IMG/VR virus record: IMGVR_UViG_3300025874_000001
Location: 1-35,863 of that record
Direction: 5' to 3' (one strand)
DNA length: 35,863 nucleotides
Source of the DNA: a virus
This document shows, in pieces, positions 6,200-14,456 of the stretch. The position numbers and the translations under genes were made by a program. Positions within the stretch are counted from its first letter, which is position 1. Each line of letters begins with the position of its first letter. The notes under the pieces are model-generated. The model was given only the letters and a program-made list of their open reading frames with translations, did no database searches and had not been told where the DNA came from.

Positions 6200-6338
6200 T
6201 TATTAAAGGCGGTTTTACAGTTCCGCGAACTGGTTATGTGTTAAGAGTGAGACGCTATCAATGCGGGTAAATAAAAGGTTGTCAAGTATATATTTCAAAT
6301 ACTTTTACCCGTCAAAGCCTACCACTATATGCAAAGCA

Positions 6339-6395
6339 ATAGCCGGGTGAATGATAGCCGGGTGAATGACGATCTTAATAATAGCCGGGTGAATG
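6339..6395. repeat. Iteron set 1: three direct copies of ATAGCCGGGTGAATG
   Basis: Exact 15-mers at 6339-6353, 6354-6368 and 6381-6395. Confidence 0.9.
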
Positions 6396-6466
6396 CATCC
6401 CATCATCCCAAAAGAAATAACAAGCTCACGCACGAAAGCGGGCCGTCAATATCCACCTGGTAACCA

Positions 6467-6536
6467 GTGAACAGCAGTGCAGTAGTGAACAGCAGTGCAG
6501 TAGTGAACGGATGGACAGTAGTGAACGTTTGAACAG
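6467..6536. repeat. Iteron set 2: 18-bp tandem repeats with core CAGTAGTGAAC
   Basis: GTGAACAGCAGTGCAGTA occurs twice, at 6467-6484 and 6485-6502. Then come GTGAACGGATGGACAGTA and a partial GTGAACGTTTGAACAG. The core repeats at 6480, 6498 and 6516, an 18-bp period. It is followed by GGGGGGGTGGGGG (6536-6548) and a TA tract (6571-6587). Confidence 0.9.
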
Positions 6537-6890
6537 GGGGGGTGGGGGTCAAGTTGAGTCGCGTCGTCAGTATATATATACATATACAGCCCCTTAAAAA
6601 AATTCAGTCCTCAAGGGGCTTCTACCCACCAGTACCAATCCCAGGACCGTGTACCATAAGATGTCAGTTTATGACTTCTCTTTTATGATTCCCTTTATTT
6701 TATATTCATTAAAGGAATAACCTTTAGGACTGCAAGTTGAACTGTCTTATGAAGTTGCTGCCTTATGGTACGCAGAGTATAACACGAAATCTGGGAATGT
6801 ATACATATATAATGTACTTTCTTTTATGTATTAGCATTACTAATAGTATATTAACTTGACAAGTAGTAAATCTAATGATGAGGTACAGGT

Positions 6891-7478
6891 ATGGAAGATA
6901 GAGAAATGAATGCTACTGAGAAGGAGAAGGAGGCTTTGCTGAGCGAGATCCAGCAGAGTATCCACGAGGTGGCTAATGAGAAGCGGGGTTTAAAGCTCAA
7001 GTGCTTGAGCGTCTATGATCCCGCGAAGGTAGCTAAGTTGCTTTATTTGTACAGTACGGGTAGTTCCCAGACTAGGCTGGTACGTCACTATGGTTTCGAG
7101 AGGGATACTGTTATTAGTGTACTCACGGACTACGCTGACCATATGGGTACGTTCAAGGAGTTAAGTGGTCGGATAGCGGCCAAGAACTATCTGAACCTCA
7201 GTAGCCTGGAGGAGGATTTAATTGATAAGGTACGCGACCGTCTGGAGAATGATCCGGAGATGGAGGTCGGGTTCAAGGACATCAAGGAGTTATCCATAGC
7301 TAAGTCCAATGCTTCCAGGGAGGCTATGACAGCTAGAGGAGAAGCTACGCAGATTACTGAGGACCGCAAGGTGTACACACAGGATGACTACGAGGCGACT
7401 ATAGCTGCTGCTAGGAAGAGAATCGAGCAGGCTAAGGTAGCTGATATAATAGAGATACAAGATGAAGATAACAATTAA
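6891..7478 (+). CDS. Putative terminase small subunit / HTH DNA-binding protein (195 aa)
   Basis: It is the first gene of the rightward block. It has an HTH-like segment (SSQTRLVRHYGFERDTVISVL) followed by charged helical regions, and lies 0.7 kb upstream of TerL. The assignment is positional only. Confidence 0.3.
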   Translation: MEDREMNATEKEKEALLSEIQQSIHEVANEKRGLKLKCLSVYDPAKVAKLLYLYSTGSSQTRLVRHYGFERDTVISVLTDYADHMGTFKELSGRIAAKNYLNLSSLEEDLIDKVRDRLENDPEMEVGFKDIKELSIAKSNASREAMTARGEATQITEDRKVYTQDDYEATIAAARKRIEQAKVADIIEIQDEDNN

Positions 7479-7644
7479 TAGCCACGACGAGGAGGTATCA
7501 ATTGATACTAAGCACGATGACCTTACCGCTAATCAAGTAGCTGAGCTTATGTTTCGTATTATCTTAGCTAATGGTTACCATCAACAAAACGTAGCTTACG
7601 CATTCTATGAAGTCGGTAAAGCACAGATAGAAATGGAGGAATAA
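7462..7644 (+). CDS. Hypothetical protein (60 aa)
   Basis: ATG at 7462, overlapping the upstream gene by 17 nt. Confidence 0.45.
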   Translation: MKITINSHDEEVSIDTKHDDLTANQVAELMFRIILANGYHQQNVAYAFYEVGKAQIEMEE

Positions 7645-7645
7645 T

Positions 7646-7825
7646 TTGAGCACTAAAGGAAGTAAAATGTACCACTCGGGATGGGAGAAGTTCGGAGATA
7701 TAATACAGATTTCTGATGGTTGGGTAACCGCTCGCCTAGATGGGGACAAGGGTATTGGATGCTGGGAGGTAGACGCACCGTATATTAAAATATTAGATGA
7801 AGGGGGCTGCAACGATGAGCACTAA
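7646..7825 (+). CDS. Hypothetical protein (59 aa from TTG 7646, or 52 aa from ATG 7667)
   Basis: Hand-translated as (M)STKGSKMYHSGWEKFGDIIQISDGWVTARLDGDKGIGCWEVDAPYIKILDEGGCNDEH. GGAGGA lies 5 nt upstream of the TTG. The N-terminal codons are repeated at 7815. Confidence 0.4.
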   Translation: MSTKGSKMYHSGWEKFGDIIQISDGWVTARLDGDKGIGCWEVDAPYIKILDEGGCNDEH

Positions 7826-7958
7826 AGGAAGCGGCCCCCGCAAGGGACACAATGCTGAGAAGCAGCGTAAAAACTACGATGATATTGATTGGTCAAATAA
7901 AACCAAGTCAACTAAATCAAAGCCACCTCCAACCGAACAACCCAAAGCAAGCAAATGA
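7815..7958 (+). CDS. Hypothetical basic protein (47 aa), N-terminus MSTKGS
   Basis: Hand-translated as MSTKGSGPRKGHNAEKQRKNYDDIDWSNKTKSTKSKPPPTEQPKASK. It shares an ATGA overlap with the next gene. Confidence 0.4.
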   Translation: MSTKGSGPRKGHNAEKQRKNYDDIDWSNKTKSTKSKPPPTEQPKASK

Positions 7959-8218
7959 GTAAGACACCTGATATTGATCCGGACATTGCCTTTAACCACG
8001 TTCGACGAATGCTTGGGGATATTTCTCCTAACTTTGCTTTTGTTGTAATGGATGAGGACGGGGATCTATTCTATGATTACACGAACTATCGTATTGGCAG
8101 AATGCTTATGACTGAGGCTTTGGATGATATGGACTCAGATTTCGGTGACCTTGACTGGGATGATTTAATTGAGGATGTCGAGGACGAGGACGACGACGAC
8201 GAGGATTACATATTTTAA
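7955..8218 (+). CDS. Highly acidic protein (87 aa)
   Basis: The C-terminal half is D/E-rich (DDMDSDFGDLDWDDLIEDVEDEDDDDEDYIF). It sits immediately upstream of TerL. Confidence 0.55.
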   Translation: MSKTPDIDPDIAFNHVRRMLGDISPNFAFVVMDEDGDLFYDYTNYRIGRMLMTEALDDMDSDFGDLDWDDLIEDVEDEDDDDEDYIF

Positions 8219-8220
8219 GT

Positions 8221-9891
8221 ATGCTTGATTTCACAGAGCACCCAATCCTCAAGCCGCCCACGGACGAGGAGATTGTCCTTCTAGGAGAAGCTGACCCAAA
8301 GCTACTAGAGGAACTGCACAGGGCGCACGAGGGTAGAATCCGGGCAGCTACGGATGATCCTATCCGCTATGGGTTCGACCTACCGGGCTGGGAGCGTATG
8401 TCGGACTCCTTCAGGGACTACAATGAGGTTCTAGCACTAGGTGGGAATCGTAGTGGCAAGACAACGGGCTGCGCTAAGCGGATAATGGAGGCCGTGAGTT
8501 CTAACTTCGATGGACACATAGTATGTTTTTCTCAGAATGCGGATACCTCTATTAAGGTACAGCAGCCAGCTATCTGGGAGATGATGCCCAGGGAGTTCCG
8601 GAAGAAGACTAAGAGCATTGACGGGTACATTAACTATTCAATGCAGAATGGCTTTACTGGGAGTTCGTTCGTGTTCCCGGATACTAGGACACGTGTGGAC
8701 TTCAAGACTTATACACAGTTCAGTAATAACTCCACTATCCTTGAGGGTTTTGAGTTCGGGTTCAAGAAGGGTAGCGTCAAGGCTGGGAATGAATCCAATA
8801 TCGGAGCCTGGCTGGACGAGTACTTAGGTGACGCTGCTCTGGTGAATACCCTACGGTTCCGCCTAGCTACACGGGATTCCAAGATGGTGATTGGGTTCAC
8901 ACCTATTGATGGCTATACACCCTTCATCGCTGACTATTTAAAGGGAGCAGAGACCCTTGAGACTAGACCTGCCGCCCTGTTACGGGGCAAGGAGGTTCCT
9001 ACTAAGCAGTACAGTCCAAGCCGTGATGCGGCTGTGATCTACCTGCATTCGGACGAGAACCCCTTCGGTGGTTACGAGCGAATCGCAAAGGATCTAGCCG
9101 GGCGACCAGAGGATGAGATAAAGGTCCGTGCGTACGGATTACCCGTGAAGTCAGCCAATGCTCTGCTCCCTTACTTTAATACTGAGGTAAATGTGCTCAA
9201 TGAGGAGCCAAACAAATACAAGATGACGTTCCCCGACATTTCCGATAAGTCGCAGTTCACCTGCTACCAGGTGGTTGACCCCGCTGGTGCTAGGAACTAT
9301 ACCTGCATCTGGGCTGGGGTAAACAAGGATGGAGAGATATACATCCGCAAGGAGTGGCCGGATCGTAACACGTACGGCGAGTGGGCTATGTTCGGGGACC
9401 CGAAGTGGAAGTACGGCCCAGCAGCCAAGAAGATTGGTCTAAATGTTGAGGGTTACTGCGAATTATTTGAGGAGATTGAGGACGATCTAGGAATTGAGGT
9501 AATTGAGAGAATTGGGGATTCGCGTTTCTTTGCTAGAGAGAATGAGAACAATGACGATCTATTTACATCATTCTATGACTTCGGTCTAAGCTTTCTACCA
9601 TCTGATGGTAAGATGGAAGAACAAGGCATCACAGCTCTGGATGACTGGTTTAACTACAATCCTAATGTGGACATTGACCAAGCCAATAGACCAAGATGCT
9701 ATATTCACGAGGACTGCGGTAATCTTATCGACAGCCTTATTAACTACAATGCAGGCGGAAAGCCTGAGGAAGCCCTAAAGGACTTCTTTGATGTCATTCG
9801 CTATTTGCGGATGTCGAATGGTGGAGAAGGTCCTGACTTTCTTTCATCAAACGATATGATGACAACTAAACCACGCAAGGGAGGATACTAA
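8221..9891 (+). CDS. terL: Terminase large subunit
   Basis: Walker A motif GGNRSGKT. The C-terminal RNase-H-like nuclease has acidic motifs (VVDPAGARNY, IGDSRF, FFDVIRYL). Size and position upstream of the portal fit. Confidence 0.9.
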   Translation: MLDFTEHPILKPPTDEEIVLLGEADPKLLEELHRAHEGRIRAATDDPIRYGFDLPGWERMSDSFRDYNEVLALGGNRSGKTTGCAKRIMEAVSSNFDGHIVCFSQNADTSIKVQQPAIWEMMPREFRKKTKSIDGYINYSMQNGFTGSSFVFPDTRTRVDFKTYTQFSNNSTILEGFEFGFKKGSVKAGNESNIGAWLDEYLGDAALVNTLRFRLATRDSKMVIGFTPIDGYTPFIADYLKGAETLETRPAALLRGKEVPTKQYSPSRDAAVIYLHSDENPFGGYERIAKDLAGRPEDEIKVRAYGLPVKSANALLPYFNTEVNVLNEEPNKYKMTFPDISDKSQFTCYQVVDPAGARNYTCIWAGVNKDGEIYIRKEWPDRNTYGEWAMFGDPKWKYGPAAKKIGLNVEGYCELFEEIEDDLGIEVIERIGDSRFFARENENNDDLFTSFYDFGLSFLPSDGKMEEQGITALDDWFNYNPNVDIDQANRPRCYIHEDCGNLIDSLINYNAGGKPEEALKDFFDVIRYLRMSNGGEGPDFLSSNDMMTTKPRKGGY

Positions 9892-10265
9892 TGCCAAAGA
9901 CAAGATTAAGTAAAATTGCAGAAGAACAAGAGGTTGAGTTCGATGAAGCTCTTAGAATCGCAACCGAAAAACTGCCAGAGGGTTCGGTTACTGGAACGGG
10001 ACGAAATACTTGGGTAACTGAAGAGGGTGCAAAAATCCTTGAGGATTCCTTTATGATTGAGGAGATTATCCCTAAGCACTTCACCGGAACCGTCATATCA
10101 GAATGCCCTAACCCGAAGTACAATGTTGTCTTCAGCAAAGAAATAGGGAAAAGAGTCAATGTGTTACTTCCTCGTAAGTGGCAGGGTAAGCTTATTAAAA
10201 AGATAATTATCTTTGAGGCTATTGAGGATTCAAAGGGAGTAAGCTATCGCTATGTCGGAAAGTAA
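9891..10265 (+). CDS. Hypothetical protein (124 aa)
   Basis: TAATG overlap with terL. No motif recognised. Confidence 0.55.
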   Translation: MPKTRLSKIAEEQEVEFDEALRIATEKLPEGSVTGTGRNTWVTEEGAKILEDSFMIEEIIPKHFTGTVISECPNPKYNVVFSKEIGKRVNVLLPRKWQGKLIKKIIIFEAIEDSKGVSYRYVGK

Positions 10266-10470
10266 GAATATAACTTTAGACAGGGATTGGTGCAGGGAGC
10301 AGTCCGACCGATTCGCTAGTTGGGAAATACTTCGCAGGTATGTGCTGCACGAAAGTGGAGTATCAATGACAAATGGTGACCTATGTGATACAATAGGCGT
10401 ATCATCGACTTACACTATCCGTTTGCTTAAATCTATACAAAAACGCCTCGCCGAACAAAATGCTAAATGA
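10252..10470 (+). CDS. Hypothetical protein with a possible HTH (72 aa)
   Basis: DLCDTIGVSSTYTIRLLKSIQKRL is HTH-like. It overlaps both neighbours. Confidence 0.45.
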   Translation: MSESKNITLDRDWCREQSDRFASWEILRRYVLHESGVSMTNGDLCDTIGVSSTYTIRLLKSIQKRLAEQNAK

Positions 10471-12544
10471 ATCAATCTCTGAGTCCTTGACTTATGTCCA
10501 GGACGAACCCGACATCAAGACTCTCCGTTACGCTTACGATCAGACTGTAAGTGAGCTTGAGTCCTACTTTGACCTATGCCGTACTAGTTACGATGACCGT
10601 CGCAACTGGTGGCCTGGCAAGAGTCGAGATCATCGCAAGCACGGGGCTGATGCTTTCCCTTGGGAAGGTGCATCCGATATGGAGTGCCACGTTATTGATG
10701 AGCGAATTACTCGTCTAGTATCTTTGTTTATGGCATCGTTGAATCGAGCCAATGTACGAGCGTTCCCAGTGGAGAGTGGTGATATTGCTCGCAGTAAGCT
10801 AGTATCCGGGTTCCTTAAGTGGATGGTTAGTTCTGGTTACATCCCTCGCTTCTATCGTGAGATGGAGTTAGGTGCTAACTACCTTCTTGAGCGCGGTTTA
10901 CTTATTACCTATGTTGGCTGGCAACAGGAGGATCGTCGATTCCTACAGAAGCTTGACTTGGATCAAATTGCTCAAATGTCCCCAGAGGTAGCCGATGCTA
11001 TTAACAGTGGGGAGATGGACGATGATCTAGTATCTTTGCTTCAAAACGTCTTTGAAGGAACATCCACTAAACGAGCAAAGAAAGCAATCAAGGAACTCCG
11101 CAAGTTTGGAGTAGCCGAATTGCCTATTACTCGTCGCCAAGTCAATGCGCCGGACGTTAAGACCCTAGCACCTGATGGTGATTTCTTTTTCCCAACTTAT
11201 GTAACTGATCCGCAGCGAGCACCTTACTGCTTCTGGCGCACTTACTATACACCACAAGAACTAGAAAACAAGGTCGTCACCGATGGATGGGATGAGGACT
11301 TCGTTGAGCACGTTATTGAGAAATACCGTGGAGTCAATATAGATAGTATAGAGCGCGAGCAGGAGGGCCGTCGCAGCATTAGCCTAACAGATAGTACATA
11401 CGAAGCAGGTGAATTAATTGAAATCTGCTACGGATACCAACGCCTAATCGACCGAGAGGATGGCGCGGAAGGTATTTACTGTACGGTTTTTCATCGCGAA
11501 TTTAGCGGTGATGAAATCACACCTGGCTATGCTAAGTTTGAGTTGCTTAACGGATATGAGGATTATCCCGTAGTTGTCACCAAGTTGTCCGAGGACAGCA
11601 AACGTCTATATGACACGATGACTATCCCCTCGGTTCTTAGGGGTATCCAGAATCAAGTAAAAGTTGAGCGAGATTCTCGTATTGACCGCAATAGTCTAGC
11701 AACCATACCTCCGATTATGCACCCAGTTGGTCAAGCACCATCTGATTGGGGTCCAGGTCGTATGATTCCCTATCGCCGTAAAGGTGACTTGGACTTTGCT
11801 CCCATCCCAGCTTACAATAGTGGATCACTCGAAATTGAGAAAACCCTTACTGATACCGCTGACCGTCTAGTTGGACTGGACGAAGGATCAAATATTAGCC
11901 AAGTTCGCCAGCAGTTCTTAGTTGATAAGTTTCTTAGCCACACTGCGGAGGTTATTCGTATGGCGTTTAAATGCTTTCAGCGTTTCGGACCCGATGAAGT
12001 ATTCTATCGTGTAACAGGTATCCCTGATCCACAGGTAATGACCAAGGGTGAGCCGGACGAAAACTTTGACATCCTTATTGCCTTTGATGTTCAGAACACT
12101 GATCCAGAGACTGTGCAGACAAAGCTACAGCAGTTCGTTGCGCTCAATCAGCTCAATGCAAATGGCCGTCTAAATGTAGACAGCCTGCTTGATATTGCTG
12201 CCGCTAGTATTGACCCAGTGATGGCTGATGCAGTTCTACAGCCAGTGGAGACGGCTCAACAGCAAGTAATCAAGGATGTAACCGATGACTTGACTAAGAT
12301 CTTTTCGGGGATCGAAGTACCAGCACGTCCAGCGGGAGCACAGATTGCGATGCAAGCTATCCAGCAGTACGCTCAGCAACCAGACATTGCACAACGCCTA
12401 GAACAAGATGAAGCGTTCAGCGCACGTCTGGAGAAGTACGCAGGTCAGTACACCTTCCAGATGCAGCAAGCACAGAATGCTCAGATTGGTCGAGTAGGTA
12501 CAACGCCTGCACAGATGGGTGAAATTCAAACACAAGGAATGTAG
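10460..12544 (+). CDS. Portal protein
   Basis: 694 aa, located between terL and the scaffold/capsid genes. The Q-rich C-terminal tail is typical of podovirus portals. No explicit motif search was possible. Confidence 0.75.
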   Translation: MLNESISESLTYVQDEPDIKTLRYAYDQTVSELESYFDLCRTSYDDRRNWWPGKSRDHRKHGADAFPWEGASDMECHVIDERITRLVSLFMASLNRANVRAFPVESGDIARSKLVSGFLKWMVSSGYIPRFYREMELGANYLLERGLLITYVGWQQEDRRFLQKLDLDQIAQMSPEVADAINSGEMDDDLVSLLQNVFEGTSTKRAKKAIKELRKFGVAELPITRRQVNAPDVKTLAPDGDFFFPTYVTDPQRAPYCFWRTYYTPQELENKVVTDGWDEDFVEHVIEKYRGVNIDSIEREQEGRRSISLTDSTYEAGELIEICYGYQRLIDREDGAEGIYCTVFHREFSGDEITPGYAKFELLNGYEDYPVVVTKLSEDSKRLYDTMTIPSVLRGIQNQVKVERDSRIDRNSLATIPPIMHPVGQAPSDWGPGRMIPYRRKGDLDFAPIPAYNSGSLEIEKTLTDTADRLVGLDEGSNISQVRQQFLVDKFLSHTAEVIRMAFKCFQRFGPDEVFYRVTGIPDPQVMTKGEPDENFDILIAFDVQNTDPETVQTKLQQFVALNQLNANGRLNVDSLLDIAAASIDPVMADAVLQPVETAQQQVIKDVTDDLTKIFSGIEVPARPAGAQIAMQAIQQYAQQPDIAQRLEQDEAFSARLEKYAGQYTFQMQQAQNAQIGRVGTTPAQMGEIQTQGM

Positions 12545-12547
12545 GAT

Positions 12548-13063
12548 ATGACACCTGATCAATACGCAAACAAACGAGCAAAGGATCTACGAGCACAGGA
12601 ATACTACGATATGATTGCCCTCAATGAGGGTGTCAAACCAAAGGTATACAAGGACAGCAAGGGTCATAGAACCATTGGTGTTGGTTTTAATTTAGAGGAT
12701 GCCGGTAATCGAAAGATCCTGAAGAAGGAGGGTATCAATATTAATGAACTCTTTAAGGGTAAAGAACTGAGTGACAAGGAAATTAAAACCCTGTACAATC
12801 ATAGTCTAACCCAAGCCTTCAATGATGCTCAAAAGTTTGATAAGGGATTTGCTAAGCGACCTGAGCCAGTAAAGAAGGCAATTGTCGATATGTCATTTAA
12901 CCTTGGCCTTACTAAACTTAATAAGTTCAAGAAAATGCGTGAAGGTCTAGAAGCAAATGACTACAGCGTAGCAGCAGACGAAATGGTTGACAGTGAGTGG
13001 TTCAAGCAAATCAAGTCCCGTGGTCCACGGACAGTAGGTTTAATGCGTTCAGCAGCTAAGTAA
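12548..13063 (+). CDS. T4-type lysozyme (GH24 muramidase)
   Basis: LNEGVKPKVYKDSKGHRTIGVGFNL carries E-x8-D-x5-T with the same spacing as the T4 lysozyme E11/D20/T26. No signal peptide. Confidence 0.85.
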   Translation: MTPDQYANKRAKDLRAQEYYDMIALNEGVKPKVYKDSKGHRTIGVGFNLEDAGNRKILKKEGININELFKGKELSDKEIKTLYNHSLTQAFNDAQKFDKGFAKRPEPVKKAIVDMSFNLGLTKLNKFKKMREGLEANDYSVAADEMVDSEWFKQIKSRGPRTVGLMRSAAK

Positions 13064-13064
13064 T

Positions 13065-13283
13065 ATGAATATACAAGATGACATCAATAGCTTGCATAGC
13101 TATGAATCCTTTGCTCGGTTTATTAAGATGGTTCACGAACTCCGTGAAGAAGCTATCAGCGAGATGCACGAATCCTCAAGCGAGACTATCCAGCAGATTT
13201 CTGGTCGAATCATTACATATGATCAGATCCTACAAATCTCCGGCTGGGATAAGCTTCGATTAAAGCATTCGGATCGAATGTAA
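13065..13283 (+). CDS. Hypothetical protein (72 aa)
   Basis: ATG at 13065, 2 nt after the lysozyme stop. Confidence 0.5.
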   Translation: MNIQDDINSLHSYESFARFIKMVHELREEAISEMHESSSETIQQISGRIITYDQILQISGWDKLRLKHSDRM

Positions 13284-13324
13284 CCCATATGTTATAATGC
13301 GCTCATCGCCCTCGCTCGGCGTTA

Positions 13325-14425
13325 ATGAGTGGTAACAATATGACAGACGAAATCGAAACTGCTAACGCTGAAGCAGACAAAAATTCAGTGGACAACAATA
13401 ATATATCCGTCGAGGATTTCGCAATGCGGAGACTTGGGGAACTTAATCCTGCGGCTGAAGAGCCACAAGAGGAAGTAACCGAAGAAACCGAGGAGCCGGA
13501 AACTGATGAAGTAACTGAGGAGGCAACTGAAGAGTCAGTTGAGTCCGAGGAAGCTACTGAGGAGACCGAGGAATCCGATGATGTTCTTTCACAGTTAGAC
13601 TTGGACGATATGTCCGAGGAGGACCTAAGGGAACTGGCTGACAAGCTAGGTAGCCGTGCTGTAGCTCGATTCGGTGAATTGACTGCTAAGCGCAAAGCTG
13701 CCGAAGAACGTCTAGCTAGTTTAGAAGCTGAACTTAAAAAAGCTCCGAACCCACTTGATACAAAAAAGAAAGTCGAAAACAATCCTTTTAGTAATCTTGA
13801 TACAATTGAAAAATTGCAAGAGAAAGCTGTTGAGGTTGACGACATTGTTGAGTGGGCTGAGGATGTTCTTTTTCAGAGTGACGGCTATTCCGCAGATGAA
13901 GTAGTAACCGAGGTAGAAGGAAAGGACCTGACAAAGGCCGACGTACGAAGAGCTTTACTACAAGCACGTAAAGCACAGAAGACATTCCTTCCTGATCAAT
14001 TGAATAACCTTCAATCGATTGAGCAAAGCACTCAAATGCAAGAGCACCTAAGTGCTCAGGCTGAAGCTGAGCTACCCTGGATGAAAGGTGAAGATAACGA
14101 CACACGTCGTCAATACGAAGCCATTATGAGCGACCCACGGGTTGATACATTAATGACCAATCTTCCCCCTGATGTTAAAGCTCAAATGCCATATTTACTA
14201 GCACACGCTGCTAATAGTATTTATGGACGAAAGCCAGTAGCAAATACTAAATCATCAGTGAAATTAAATCCCCCAAGAACAGGTACACCCTCCTCGTCCA
14301 AACCAGAAAAGTCTATGGGAAAAACAGCCAAGGCTCTAAAAGAATTAGAGGCTCGGTTCAAAGAGACGGGTAGCGCAAACGATTTCGCCAACCTAAGAAA
14401 ACTTAAAATGGCAAACCGCCACTAA
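13325..14425 (+). CDS. Scaffolding protein
   Basis: It lies directly upstream of the capsid gene. It has an extremely acidic, repetitive N-terminal region (EEPQEEVTEETEEPETDEVTEEATEESVESEEATEETEESDD) followed by charged helical segments. Confidence 0.6.
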   Translation: MSGNNMTDEIETANAEADKNSVDNNNISVEDFAMRRLGELNPAAEEPQEEVTEETEEPETDEVTEEATEESVESEEATEETEESDDVLSQLDLDDMSEEDLRELADKLGSRAVARFGELTAKRKAAEERLASLEAELKKAPNPLDTKKKVENNPFSNLDTIEKLQEKAVEVDDIVEWAEDVLFQSDGYSADEVVTEVEGKDLTKADVRRALLQARKAQKTFLPDQLNNLQSIEQSTQMQEHLSAQAEAELPWMKGEDNDTRRQYEAIMSDPRVDTLMTNLPPDVKAQMPYLLAHAANSIYGRKPVANTKSSVKLNPPRTGTPSSSKPEKSMGKTAKALKELEARFKETGSANDFANLRKLKMANRH

Positions 14426-14456
14426 CCTATTCATTAACACAACTATATAACTAATT

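Noticed and set aside
6467-6536. 18-bp tandem repeats as a CRISPR array
   Set aside because: The units are directly adjacent with no unique spacers, the period is only 18 bp, and there are no cas genes. They behave like iterons.
6588-6620. AGCCCCTT ... AAGGGGCT stem as a terminator
   Set aside because: The 17-nt loop is too long, there is no flanking U-run on either strand, and it lies in a region where transcripts should start rather than end.
6856-6890. TTGACA at 6856-6861 as the -35 of the late promoter
   Set aside because: No acceptable -10 hexamer lies 16-19 nt downstream (tgaggt at the 17-nt position). The ATG at 6891 would leave almost no leader.
13303-13845. 180-aa minus-strand ORF (Ser-rich)
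   Set aside because: It lies antisense to the acidic repeat region of the scaffold gene. The low-complexity S-rich product is the mirror of GAA/GAG repeats.
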